Source of the DNA: Squalus acanthias | Lineage: Eukaryota | Assembly: GCA_030390025.1 (NCBI GenBank) | Contig: CM059432.1 | Span: forward strand, 130,264,001-130,328,000 | Direction: 5' to 3' | DNA: 64,000 nucleotides | Notes under the pieces: model-generated | The model's input: the letters and a program-made list of their open reading frames with translations, nothing else | The model's database searches: none | What the model was told of the DNA's origin: nothing | Position numbers and translations under genes: made by a program | In this document: positions 12,506 to 25,330 of the stretch, one piece after another | Layout of the letters: each line of letters starts with the position of its first letter | Position numbering within the stretch: the stretch's first letter is position 1

Positions 12506-13250
12506 TGGGAATTTCCTCGGCGCTCTGCCACTGTAAATTTGGTGTAAGTTCGGCAGAAACCCATGGGGGCGATTTTAACCCCACCTGCCTGGCAGAAACC
12601 TGCCCTGGAGCACTGGGAGCTAACAGGTTCGGATTATCACCTGCTCACCTGAGCAGGCAGCAAGGACGCCCGGCCAAAGCTGACGGGGTCCTTTTTAACA
12701 TATGCCCATCAGGTCCCGATGACATCATCGGAACCCAACTGCAATTTTTGCGAGGAGGCCTAAGCGGGAAGCGGCAGCAAATTTCCCGCCAGCGGCAAAG
12801 AGGAGCGGGGGGTAGAAGATGTCCAAAAAGGTACGTTTTTTTTCCACTTTCCTTGTGGTGTCAGAAGGAGCAGGAGTGATCCTCTTGGCCCCATAAGGGA
12901 AGCTTAGGCCTCCGCTGCATGAACTCCCCCCCCCACCCTCAAATCTCAAGACGGCCTAGCAGCCAATCCTCCCCCGCTTGCTTGTTGTCGACGGGTGGCC
13001 TCCCGTCTGTTCGATTTTTTCGCCGCTTTCTGTCGATTTCCCACCCGGAATGGGTGGAATTTAAATGAGGCCCAGAAGTTGAAATACCCTGGGGCTCATT
13101 TGTGGAGCAGCTGGTGAGTTTCTAACAGGCATCGCTGCTCACCAGCCAAAAACCAGCCCGGTGTTAAAATAGGGGCCCGTTTACGCTCATCAATGAGGCT
13201 TCCGCTGAAGTTACAGTGGTGGATCGTGAGAGGCCCAGAGGAAATTCCCA
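12506..13250. mobile_element. MITE with a second Harbinger-type MITE (~12564-13177) nested inside
   Basis: Outer TIRs tggggaatttcctc / gaggaaattcccca; inner TIRs gggggcgattttaac / gttaaaataggggcc. Confidence 0.6.
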
Positions 13251-13586
13251 GTGTATGTCTTCATTACCTCAGGAACGCAGCTTAGTGAGTCAGGAAGATT
13301 GCGGGTGAAAGGATTTGCCAAAAAACATTTGGAGCAATTTGAACGGTTCTCCACCTGTTCCTTGCTATTGGTAGCTGTTTGCCGGCTTGTCAGTTTTTGA
13401 TTGGAGGTTTTTCGGAATTACTGATTGGTAGCATTCGTTCTCACTAGCTGTGTGTTGACTGATACACTCCACGCCTGTCCAACTGTGATCTGTCCTTTCC
13501 TGAATATGACATTTCAGTCACTCAAGCGCAAGGGCGACACAGAAATTTGGTGTGTGACAAATGCGACATTGAATCTGGGCTACAGC

Positions 13587-13931
13587 TAGGGTTGCCAACC
13601 CTGGTTGGACATATTCCAGGAGGTTCCATCGCTTGACCTCCCGCCTCCAACAACCCCGCCCCCACGCTCCCGCCATTGGGCACCTGACACATCCATTCTC
13701 ATCACACACGCTCTTCCCACGCCAATTGCAAACTCTTTGTTACCGAATTTGATGAGTCGTGACTGTCAGCCAAACAGCCTTTTTTCCCATCTCCAATATT
13801 TTTTAGAATAATAAACAAGCGTTTTTTAATGCCTCGATTATTTTCCTCTGGTGTTGCTCGCAGCGGTGTCCTGGAGATTAAAGTTTAATTCCTGGAGACT
13901 CCAGGGTAATCCTGGAGGGTTGGCAACCCTA
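13587..13931. mobile_element. hAT (Blackjack-like) MITE
   Basis: Perfect TIRs tagggttgccaaccct / agggttggcaacccta; 8-bp TSD gctacagc/gctacaga. Confidence 0.88.
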
Positions 13932-14372
13932 GCTACAGAATCTTGAAGTCCCCCCCCCCCAGAGTCCTCTTATCGCAGCAGCGGCTTCAACTCCCTTGAT
14001 GTGTATTATGCCATTGTAATGCCAGCTATGGCCAGCCAGTGCTCAGACCTTAGCGGTTGGGGAAGACGTGGGGAGTGACCATCTACCAGTCTTGTTCACT
14101 CTGAACCCCTCTACCCAACTGGAGCCATCCAGTGCACTAGGCTGGATCTATAAAAGAGTCTGCACTGCCTCCAGGCCGCGTGAGAACAACGAAATGATGC
14201 CCGAATGACAGCAGCCATGCTGATGCAGATGGATCCTAGAGGTAGGCCTGCTGTGATACCCCAAACACAGCATTAGGCTGATTCACTTTAAAAAAAAACA
14301 AGTTCAGGAAGGGCTACAGTAAAACAGCACTCAAGGAGACAAAAACATCACGCAACTGCCTGCAGACTATAA

Positions 14373-15214
14373 GGGCTGGATTTTGCCAATTGGGAGCTTT
14401 TGGAGGCGGGACTCCCACTTGTCGGGTTTTAGTCCCGCCTCCATCGACTTCTGGCCAACCCGCGCTATTTTCCCTTGATTGACCTTGTTAAGCCCACCCA
14501 GCGGGCTTAGCAGGCCAATTAAGGGAAAGCCGGTGACAGAGAACGTCAGCATATGACGTTTCATCTGTCAAAAATTTTTGACAGATGAATTGTCAACGTT
14601 TGACAGCTCTGTGAAGCTGTCAAACACTGACATTCTCTGTTGTTTGATGAGTCCTTGTATTCAAGACTCATCAAACCTATCTGCTGAGCAGAAATCAGAT
14701 AGTTGTTGCATCGGAGAATGCAGCAGCCATCTGTCATCTCTGCCGTGGAGATGACAGAGTCCTCGGTTCCCCAACTGTTGAAGCCTGCAGGAAGAAACAA
14801 AGGTAAGTAAACATTTTCTAACACTTTTCACTCACCTCACATACTTACCTCTCCACACTTGCACCCATCACTCACCTCCACAGCGCAGTTTTGCACCCCT
14901 CCGACCCCCGCAGACCCACTGCTCGCCTCGTTGACCCTGGCGGGGTTTCCCAGTGTCGGGAAGCCCGCACTTGCAGGGGTAAAATGGGGATAATCCTCTT
15001 AACTGCCTGTTAACTACCTGTTAACAGGCAGTTATGTGGCTGTAATCCCCTTCCTGCCACGGGGAGGCGGCTCCCAGCACGGGTCGGGTACCCGCCTCCT
15101 GGGAAGATGGCACGGAGGGTTGGGGGCGAGATGGGCACCCACCCCCAGATTCTGCCATTTTCCCGGCAGTCCCGCCTCCAAACCTGCCTCCCCAGGGCCG
15201 GCAAAATTCCCCCC
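14373..15214. mobile_element. PIF/Harbinger MITE
   Basis: TIRs gggctggattttgcc / ggcaaaattcccccc; TAA target duplication at 14370-14372 and 15215-15217. Confidence 0.8.
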
Positions 15215-15427
15215 TAAAACTCAATAACTCCCTAGAGCCATCGATGAGAAGCAGTGGGATCTTTCCTGTGAAAAGATTGAACGAGAGCAAAATCCCGAAG
15301 ATTCTGATATCAGATCAACAGTGCCACAGGGCAGAACCAGAGGAAAAATACATGTCGACATTGCAGGCTTTGGGAGACAGACTCAGAAAAAGCAGAGTTC
15401 TTCAAAGATCACCTCTTCACTGTCCAC

Positions 15428-15779
15428 TAGGGTGGCCAACCTTCGAGGAGTGTCCTGGAGTCTCCAGGGATTAAAGATTAATCTCCAGGATCCTGCTGCA
15501 AGTAATCCAGGAGAGTGCTTGTGTTTCATTTTCTTTGAACACTTCTGCTTATTAGTCATAAAAATATTGGCAATGGGAAAAATGGCTGTTTGACTGACCA
15601 TCAAGATTCATCCAATCGACAGCGTTTGTTCGCTGTCTAATCAGTGTGGGAAGACAGTGCACTGTGAGGATGGACGTGTTGGGTGAGCAATGACGGGAAT
15701 GTGGGGGTGGACCAGTTGGAGGTGGGAGGTCATGTGATGAAACCTCCAAGAAGACGTCCAACCAGCGTTGACGACCCTA
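15428..15779. mobile_element. hAT (Blackjack-like) MITE
   Basis: TIRs tagggtggccaac / gttgacgacccta; perfect 8-bp TSD ctgtccac at 15420-15427 and 15780-15787. Confidence 0.88.
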
Positions 15780-16756
15780 CTGTCCACACCAAACCAAATC
15801 ACAAGGAATTCGACAGAGGAAGTGGACAATGACATCAACACCCAATCAGAACTGTTCCAACCTCTCAGCACAGCCCCTGCAAGTAATGGAGAAGTTAATG
15901 CACTGAAGAGCAATACCTTGGACTAGCCAGTTACTGCTGCTGAACTCTGGTTGAGGCTGTGGAGCATGTGAGACAGAGCCCCCCCGGAGAGGATGGCATG
16001 GCCAAACTTATGCTTGGTGAGGCAATGGTACCTGCACAAGAACAAGACCAAGCCAGCATTGTCAGTGCTGATGGGAGGATGAGGGACAGAACCCACCCCA
16101 GTACATTTTGCAACGTTGCACGGTCTGTGGGCCTGCTTTGGGTGTCAGATCTTAGCAACATTCAGTGATGGACTGGATCGTGGCGCGGGGCTCAACTGAG
16201 TGGCACTTAAATCCACAAAACACTCACAAATTCTAGCAAGTTTCCTTTAGAGTTGCTGCCAGCTGTGCAAAACCTCCGCCTGTTGGGAGCCAGTAGTATT
16301 AAAATGGAAAGAAACCACTAACAAAGCTAGTTTATACCACAGCGCTGCCTGCAATGTAAATTGAGTATCAATATTCATAGATCAGCACAGTGGTGCAGCT
16401 TGTTGGAGCTCCAACGTACAGTGCAACGGACTGCTAAGGCTCAGTGACACATAAATCATCATTTTCAGTGTAGTTTTGTGGGTCCAGCAAGTGGCAGAAA
16501 GAGAGGGAAAGCAATAAAAACGGCCTTTTATACTGGTGCTGGTGCAGGGTCAGAAGTAACTAATAAGGTTTTAACCTCTCTTATCTCCTCTCAGGTGCTG
16601 TCAGACAAAGTTGACCTTCAAATTCCTGGGTTGGGGGAGGGTGTGAAATGCCCCGGCATAAATTCCGTTCAGTTTCAGGGCGCGTTGAAGAATCAGCCGC
16701 CATCACAGTGACAGCCAGATGGACATGACACAGTTAGGAAGGGATGACATCACCCA

Positions 16757-17070
16757 TAGGAACAGGAGTAGGCCATTCAGCCCCTCGAGCCTGTTCCGCC
16801 ATTCAGTTAGATCATGGCTGATCTGTACCTCAACTCCATTTACCCACCTTTGTTCCATATTCCTTGATACCCTTACCCAACAAAAATCTATCAATCTCGG
16901 TCCTGAAGAGTTCAATTGGCTCAGCATCCACGGCCTTTTGGGAGTTCCAGATTTCCACTACGCTATGTGTGAACAAATGCAACCTGTTTTTACTCCTAAA
17001 TGCCCTAACTCCAATTTTAAGATCATGCCCCCTTGTTCTGGATTCCCCCACCACAGGAAATGGTTTCTCT
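16757..17070 (-). mobile_element. CR1 3' fragment; continues at ~20576-20622
   Basis: ORF 16830-17054 GESRTRGHDLKI; the sequence resumes with gtatctactctatcaaatccc after 20575. Confidence 0.75.
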
Positions 17071-20000
17071 GGCCGGATTTTTCCTTACCTTGGCGGGTCC
17101 GGTACGGCCAGTGTCCGTGGCGGGTCCCGACCCCGCTGCTGGCTCCATCCCGCTGTACAAAATTAACTTACCTTAATGGGGCCTATTAAGCCCGCCCAGC
17201 GTGTTACCCGGCCCAATTAGATAGAGCAGGTCTGGTGACGTCATTCATGACTCGTTTTAAGCCGGGATCCTTAAAGGGACCCTGGCCACATTAAATTTAA
17301 AGTTCAATTTAACATAGTGGGTGCTGAATCTTTACTGTACAATAATATAATAAAAATGATATATGAGTGACAAAGAAATATTTAAATAAAATTATCATTA
17401 AGTAATATAGTAGGAATGAGGGGCAAGTTGGCTACAGTAGATTGGGAAACTACATTAAAAGGTATGATGGTAGACAAGCAATGGCTAGCATTTAAAGAAT
17501 TAATACATAATTTACAACAACTATACATTCCTTTAAGGCACAAAAACCCCACAGGAAAAGTGGTTCAACCGTGGCTAACAAGAGAAGTTAAAGATAGCAT
17601 TAGATCAAAGGAAGAGGCTTATAATGTTGCCAAAAAGAGTAGTAAGCCTGAGGATTGGGAGGATTTTAGAATTCAGCAAAGGAGGACCAAGAAATTGATA
17701 AAGAAAGGGAAAATAGAATATGAGAGTAAACTAGCGAGAGACATTAAAACAGACTGTAAAAGCTTCTATAGGTATGTAAAAAGGAAAAGATTAGCAAACG
17801 TAAACATGGGTCCCTTGCAGGTTGAGACAGGAGAAATTATAATGGGGAATAAGGAAATGGCAGAGAAATTAAACAAATACTTTGTGTCTGTCTTCACGGA
17901 AGTAGACGCAAAACCTTCCCAGAAATAGTGGAGAACCAAGGATCCAGCGAGAATGAGGAACTGAAAGAAATAAGTATTAGTAAAAAAATAGTACTGGAGA
18001 AATTAATGGGACTGAAAGCCAATAAATCCCCTGGACCTGATGGCCTACATCCTAGGGTTTTAAAAGTGGTGGCTATAGAGATAGTGGATGCATTGGTTGT
18101 CATCTTCCAAAATTCCACAGATTCTAGAACAGTTCCCACGGATTGCAAACAGGTAGCAAATGTAACCCCACTATTTAAGAAAGGCAGGAGAGAGAAAACG
18201 GGGAACTACAGACCAGTTAGCCTGACATCAGTAGTAGGGAAAATGCTAGAATCTATGATTAAGGACGTGGTAACAGGGCACTTAGAAAATAATAATAGGA
18301 TTGGGCAGAGTCAACATGGATATATGAAAGGGAAATCATGCTTGACAAATCTGTTAGAGATTTTTGAGATTGTAACCAGCAGAATAGATAAGGGGGAACC
18401 AGTGGATGTGGTGTATTTGGATTTTCAGAAGGCATTCGATAAGGTGCCACACAAGAGGTTATTAAACAAAATTAGGGCTCATGGGATTGGGGGTAATATA
18501 CTAACATGGATTGAGGATTGGTTAACAGACAGAAAACAGAGAGTAGGAATAAACGGGTCATTTTCGGGTTGGCAGGCTGTAACTAGTGGGGTACTGCAAT
18601 GATCAGTGCTTGGGCCTCAGCTATTCACAATCTACATCAATGATTTGGATGAGGGGACCAAATGTAATACATTCAAGTTTGCTGATGATACAAAGCTAGG
18701 TGGGAATGTAAGTTGTGAGGAGGATGCAAAGAGGCTTCAAGGGGATATAGACAGGCTAAGTGAATGGGCAAGAACATGGCAAATGGAATATAATGTGGAG
18801 AAATGTGAAGTTATCCACTTTGATAGGAAAAATAGAAAAGCAGAGTATTTTTTAAATGGTGAGAGATTGGGAAATGTTGGTGTTCAGAGACCTTTATTAC
18901 AAAAGGATTTGAGTATAGTGGTGCTGAGGCCAAGAATGGATCAGCCATGATCTTATTGAATGGCAGAGCAGGCTCGAGGGGCCGATTGGCCTACTCCTGC
19001 TCCTGTTTCTTTTGTTCTTATAAGAGTAAAGACGTCTTACTGCAATTATATAGGGCCCTGGTGAGACCGCATCTGAAGTATTGTGTACAGTTTTGTTCTC
19101 CTTACCTAAGGAAGGATATACTTGCCATAGAGGGAGTGCAACGAAGGTTCACTAGACTGATTCCTGGGATAGGGGGATTGTCCTATGAGGAGAGATTGAG
19201 TAGCCTAGGCCTATATTCTCTAGAGTTTAGAAGAATGAGAGGTGATCTCATTGAAACATACAAAATTCTTATAGGGCTTGACAGGGTAGATGCAGGGAGG
19301 ATGTTTCCCCTGGCTGGGGAGTCTAGAACCAGGGTCAGAATAAGTCTCAGAATAAGGGGTCGGCTATTTAGGACTGAGATAAGGAGAAATTTCTTCACTC
19401 AGAGGGTGGTGAATCTTTGGAATTCTCTACCCCAGAGGGCTGTGGAGGCTCAGTCATTGAGTATATTTAAGACAGAGATCGATAGATTTTTGGATATTAA
19501 GGGAATCAAGGGATATTGGGATAGTGCAGAAAAGTGGAGTTGAGGTAGAAGATCAGCCATGATCTTATTGATTGGTGTAGCAGGCTCGAGGGGCCAAATG
19601 GCCTAATCCTGCTCCTATTTCTTATGTTCTTATGTAATATGACTCTATCTACAAATATGATCAAGAACATAATAAAAATGTACAGTAAATGTGAAGTTAT
19701 TGGTGCTTTAGTCACAAATCTATAGACTTTTGTATCAGTAACTGGTACAAATAAAAGATGTGCGTGTATAGGTAATACATAAAATTAAACAGATTTTAAA
19801 CATAATTGTAAAGAGGTGGATTTACAATCCTATGCAAATTCAGCAGAAGAACTACTGAATCCATGACAAACAGTGTAACTAGTGCTTACAATGTGTTTCT
19901 GGGATTTCTGCAGCTCTTCCGTTGAAGTTAACAATGGACAAGTGAGAGAACCTCCGCAGAAATTCACCCTAAAGTCTCAGACTGAAAAATTACATTATTC

Positions 20001-20575
20001 ATATTCAGGGACTGAAAAGCAAATTGAACCAGTGGAATGAGTGATGAGAATGAAATTGTTATGGTTGATTCCTGACCAGAAGCAGGACAAAAATTTATTT
20101 AAATGGTATATGTCATTTTTTATAGTGCAGATCAGTTCACTGCAATTACTGTTCAGTTGGAAGGCAACAGCCGAGAATGGCCAGTGAAAAATTAACAAGT
20201 AGAACAGAATTTCCATCAGTCTGTAATCTGTAATCAACATGTTTTTAGTTTGGTTTGTTGGAGCAATGGCCACGGAACTCCCGCCTCAGGTTGACAGACG
20301 TGGTTCCCGAGCTGCGTGAATCCCGTGGCCATGCAGGGAAATTTAAAAAGTAGAGGGCGAAAGGCTCTTACGTGCCTATAAAATACCTCATAATGATTTC
20401 ACTTGGGTCCCCCGTTGCTGCCGGTTGGGTCGGCTCCACGCTGACAGACACGCCTGGGGGAAAGGCGCGTGGGAGCGAGATGACAGCGGGTTCCAGACCT
20501 GCTGTCAAAATAAAACAACTTTCCCACCCGACCCGCCACCGATAGCGCCCGCTACCACCGCGGAAAATTCAGCCC
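17071..20575. mobile_element. Harbinger-type non-autonomous element expanded by a nested CR1
   Basis: TIRs ggccggatttttcc / ggaaaattcagccc; GC-rich arms at 17071-17290 and 20268-20575. Confidence 0.5.
17413..19633 (+). mobile_element. CR1 LINE ORF2 (degenerate, frameshifted) with a short CR1 3' tail inserted at ~18918-19020
   Basis: ORFs 17416-17928, 17928-18602, 18606-18950 and 18947-19543 carry the RT motifs incl. FADD; (TTCTTATG)n tail. Confidence 0.92.
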
Positions 20576-20766
20576 ATTGTATCTACTCTATCAAATCCCT
20601 TTATCATTTTAAACACCTCAAGACCTAATGATCTTTGGTCTGGAAGATAAAATAATTGAGCACTTGACAGCTGAGTAAGCATTTTTGCCCTAACATTCCA
20701 AACTCACACCACCCTTAAATGGTTTCATGCGTTTTCTGTTTGATGGTGAAAATTAGTACTTTGGAG

Positions 20767-21047
20767 CAATGTTCTCTGTAATTTTTTTTCTTGCGCGGTC
20801 CCGTTAACTGGCTGCGCGGCTCATTCAAATTTTCGCGCACGCGCGGTTTCTTCCATTTGAAAGCTGGTGAGCGGTCTGTGCAGGACCTCCAGACCGCTGC
20901 GCGGTCGCGCAGTAATGTGAAAGGTCCCGCGCAGGCCACTCGCAAGCTTCTCCATTGTGAATACCGGGCATGCGCGGAAATTTAAAGGGACCGCGCACTA
21001 AAAGAAACAGTTCGCGCAGAACAAAGTGCAGCTTGCAGGGAACATTG
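20767..21047. mobile_element. hAT MITE (CAATGTTCCC TIR family, longer copy)
   Basis: TIRs caatgttctctg / cagggaacattg; TSD ctttggag/cttaggag; homologous to 11326-11488. Confidence 0.8.
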
Positions 21048-21753
21048 CTTAGGAGATGTTGAATTCTAATACTTTGGGGCAGCTTATCACAAAGGAGCAG
21101 CAGTTTCAGCTCAGACCATCCCAGTTTCCCTGATGAAGGAGAGAGAAGAAAACAATGACACACAATGAACTTTGAAACTCATTGGGAAATTGTGCAGAAC
21201 TTTCCCGGAGATTACGTAAGTGGGGTTGAATCCATGGCATAGTAGATTGTAAATGGTCTGAGGAAGGTATGGGTCACTCGGGGCAAATGTCTCTTATTCA
21301 CTCCATGCTTTCATGTATGCTTACGACAAGAATTTGTCTGGGGAGATGCTGGAGGGAAGCTCAAAAATTAAGAGATGATAAATAAAGTTTACTTGCTACA
21401 AGAGCCAAGGTTTGTGTTTGTGACTGTACATGCCTCACTTTCACCTGAATGCTAAAGTAATTACTCACTGAGGTTATTCATACATACTCCTCCCAGTTAA
21501 CACTTGGGAACACCATAACCCTTTATGCTGACTTTCATTCCTACTACAACTAATGGAATTGGCTTCTACCATAAACCTTATCTATCCATAAAAACATGAG
21601 ATTATACGGCCAAGCCATTCCTGACTGTAAAACCAATTGAGAATACATCTGTATCAGCATTGAAATAGAAGCTAATTCGACCAGGTTTATCTTGAGTCAT
21701 ATAAAAACAAAGGTTGCTCAGAGTAGCTCAGAACTTTGTAAAGAGAAGTTCAA

Positions 21754-22397
21754 GGGGGAGAAATTCGGTGGCGCCCCCTCTGGGGCGCTAACTTCGCCGG
21801 GGCGCTACTTTTAGCACCCCGAAAAAGTTAGCGCCCCGTGCCATAAATTCAGTGGTAGCGCGCGTCGGCATGTCGTGCCACATCATGCAGGTCTCCCTCC
21901 CCTGATTAAAGGGGAGGGGCCTAGCGCTGCGCGCACCGGGGCCCTGCTGGACCACCGGGGAGCGGAGTGCCGGGAAAACAGCCCGGCACACAAGAGGAGT
22001 GCCGGGCTGAGCGATCGCAGCCGGCACCCCAAAGAAAAAAGGGGAAGGGGGCAGGTGCTGACAGTCGGCCCCCCAAAAAATGGCCACCCAACACCTGCCC
22101 TTTAACTAGCGCCGCAGCGGCTGCAAAAACGCCACCCTGAACCTGTCGGACATATCGTCCGGTGATAGGTCAGGGGGCGCAACCGAAGTTTGTGGCCGGG
22201 ACGCGAGCGGGGCGCTGCGCACGACGATGACATCATTGCCAGCGGCGCAGCACCACAGGACACTACCGACTACCATCACCGCTAACCTCCCGCTGAATTT
22301 CACGGGATGCATTAGTGGCGCCGCGCCCAGGTGCTAGGAGCTTAGCGCCCCCTGGGGGCACTAACGGGAGACACAAAGCAACCCGAATTTCGCCCCC
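21754..22397. mobile_element. CpG-rich PIF/Harbinger MITE
   Basis: TIRs gggggagaaattcgg / ccgaatttcgccccc; 3-bp TSD caa (or aag). Confidence 0.75.
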
Positions 22398-23049
22398 AAG
22401 TCTTTATGTAAAAATAAATGTGATGGTAATCTTTTCTTGTTTGTTTCCAAGCAAATGACCCAATGACGTAAATTATGTAGAAATGCATCATCACTTCACG
22501 TATACAAGTTTCATTGTGGCAAAAATGAGACAGGCCTCTTCTTCCTTGCCAAACAGGTTTTCAAACACTCTTTCATTATGACATTGCTCCTTTAAAAGTT
22601 ATTTACCTACCAATAAAAGCATGGCTAGAGTCTGGGCCATGGGCCAGAATGGCCAAATCACTGTTTTCAACTGAGGTCTCTGCAAAGCATGGGATCGAAT
22701 GAATGCTCTCCACACTAAAAATAGGAATCCTGATTACCTTTAACAGTGTTCTAAAATGTTCAAACACTTTTAGCTAGATTTTCCACAGTGTGGAGGTCAA
22801 AAGCTACTGTTGGTGGTGTATATTAGAATATTTTGGAATTACATTACGCATTTTCCAATAGTGGTGGGAAGTGGCACGTTCGGATATTTATGCTCCATTT
22901 ATAATTGCAGAACTAGTGGCAAAATGTAATGATGCCGCCTGTCTTCAAATTCAGTCTCCTTATACTGTGATTAGTTTGGGTACATTTCAAGAAGAATCAC
23001 TCGCCATCACAGCGACAGTCACTTGTAAATGATGCAGTTAGGACAGGAT

Positions 23050-24060
23050 GGTGTCACCCATTCTAAATTCCAAGACTTTCCATCTCTCCGTGAGAATGGT
23101 GCCATCATTTCAAAGGTGCAGTTTGCCAGGACCCATTCATCAAAGTGGAAGTACTTCATTAAAGGGGCGTTGCTCACTGAGATCGCTTGTGGGATCCTTT
23201 CACCGTATCTTGGGACTTACTGCATGTATTGCAAACAATTTTCACACTTATACTCAGGAAGCCTTCCTCAACATCCTGTATTACCATTGGAAAGCATTCT
23301 ATTTTAAGATAGTGACTGAGCTCAGATCCGAGGCTACAGAATGGGCTTTCTAATGGGAATCCCACTTTACATGATCTATATATAAGGACAAGCAGGAGCC
23401 AGTAAGAGCAGGAGGCAGTAAGAGAAGGCAAATTAATCGGGCAACACCAGAGGAAAGCCAGAGCATCCAAATGACTTTGCTTCTGGGCCAAGGGATATGG
23501 TGCTATGTAAACGGCATTGCTTGACTAGGGTTCTAGGGAACACCCATGTTCTTCTCTGTGATTCAGTTATCTGCCCTGTTATCCATTTGAAAACACTCTT
23601 ACCTTTGTTGACCTAGTGAGGTCATTAAACTTGTTCTGACACTCGGGATTATGGAGTTCCTACTCACAGCCACCACCACCTCTATCCACATGGTTTGTGC
23701 TGCTGCATCTGCTGGCCCCTTCTGTATTATGGCACCTCTCTGTTCTGTAATTTGTTCCAACAGCTTCTATAACAGCCTCTGTAAAATTAGAAGCGAGTCT
23801 TTTTTCTTCTGTAGTTTCAGCCATTTTGGTACCTACTCCAGGAGTCTGTTCCGCCCTTTAACTGCATGGAGTAGGGAAGTTGCGCCCTTACTCCACCGCC
23901 GTCCCAAATTTACCGGGCTCCCCCAGTGTACCACCAGCATTGTTTAAATTGGCCGAGCCCAGGATTTTCTGACCGAGGTCCGATCTGGTGAGCATGCACC
24001 CTGCTCTCTCACTCTGCCGCACTTACGCCAGCGGAGCGGGACCCCAGGAATTTCCAGGCT
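23050..24060 (-). mobile_element. Old Harbinger relic: Myb/SANT exon (23603-23824) plus transposase fragments (~23050-23500)
   Basis: MAETTEEKRLASNFTEAVI/KLLEQITEQRGAII...MWIEVVVAVSRNS/ECQNKFNDLTRSTK|gtaag (two frameshifts). Downstream: FPMV, GFLSISVKIVCN (cf. RKGFHSINVQxVCD) and WVLA...PLK*W. TIR-like ggaatttccaggc at ~24047-24059. Confidence 0.6.
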
Positions 24061-24429
24061 GCCGTCTACTTTAGAACTTCCGAGTTTTGTTCCATATTTC
24101 CAGCATTTGCAGTGTTTATTTTTTCTTTTTATCTGTGTTGCTCACAATGGAATCCACGTTATCAGTCATAATAGTGAGCACCACCCCCCTCGCCCTTGGT
24201 GGATAATGGGACATAACTGGCACGTAACTGAGTCTCCAAAATTTGGTCCTGCACATACGATATAGAAAATAAAACATGGAAATGAAGACAATCGCAGTAA
24301 AAATAGCAAAAGAAACAATCTGTATGTTTTTTCGCCAAGAAAAGATGAAATACAGATAAGGAAACAAATACTAGCTGGCAGTGTAAAAGGAGAATGTCTT
24401 GCGCAAGGCTTTGCACTGCAAAAATTCTG

Positions 24430-25330
24430 GCACATGACAGAGAATCGTCGTATTATATCCTTTAAGGTGCAACTGCGTGCTTTTCAAACCACCTCATTTG
24501 ATCCACTGTATTTCTTCCCATTCATTTCTCTCGAGTTGAGTGACACTTAGGTATAGGAGAAGTGGAAGTGGGAGTAGTGCATCGGAAACTGACTATCATT
24601 TCCCTATATTTTGTCAAATGGAGCTTTTGACTTTGGTCAGCTGCCCAAGCAGCTATCTGGTCGGCTGCCATTTGAAGGTTACTGGCCTGAACTCTTTTTA
24701 TAGTACTGGATTCACTCATCCCACAATTGACAAATAAATTTCTTCTACAGTTTGTAGTCAGAGGTGCCCAGTTGTATGCGTGTGAAGACCTGCAGAGGCC
24801 GTGTATTCATTTGTTTCTTGGAATGCGCCAACAAGTATTGACTCCCAATCTAAGTGTTCTTAAAGCTTCACCCACTGTTACCAGTTCAGGAAGAACAGCA
24901 CCCTGATCAATGTACTCCTGCTGAATCCTGTGCTGATGCACTTTTTCATTAAAAATCTGTTTTCAAATACCCATGTGAAACCAAGTAGACTTACTCTAGT
25001 GAATGATCTAGGCTCTTCCACATCAACAGTCAAGTTCTGGATCATGTCCAAAGGACACATTCTGGTTGAGAAACACACAATTAATCCAAGCTGATCAGGA
25101 ACAATATGCAGTGGAATAATGTGGATAATTGGCTTTCAAAGCTGGATTTCCTCTGTCAACTTAAACGGTACAAACATGGGAGAATGGACCTAGATCACTC
25201 AGGGGAATAGTAATTATAGGATTTTCAGAGAGCCATAACACATCAGTTAGCTTTTCAATTAGTGATTCATCGTGATCTCTGAAGCTTGAGTCAGGGGACC
25301 AAAAGCATTTAAGCTAACTCACCAATGAAT
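24430..25330 (-). pseudogene. Ancient CR1/L2-group RT relic
   Basis: STRMCPLDMIQN...RSFTRVSLLGFTWVF (cf. STxxALxDMxHxW...RxxLLDFSKAFD) and SNLQMAADQIAAWAADQSQKLHLTKYREMIVSF (post-YxDD segment), in collinear order. Confidence 0.55.

Larger units (their letters stand above)
13965..16230 (+). pseudogene. Ancient Jockey/I-group LINE ORF2 relic split by two MITEs
   Basis: In order: VGEDVGSDHLPVLFTL (APE endonuclease end, from 14056), EKQWDLSCEKIE (~15250), ETDSEKAEFFKDHL (~15375), PVTAAEL...RQSPPGEDG (~15930-15997). Confidence 0.6.

Noticed and set aside
21130..21155. CTGATGA...GAAA as another hammerhead
   Set aside because: No stem II or stem I pairing.
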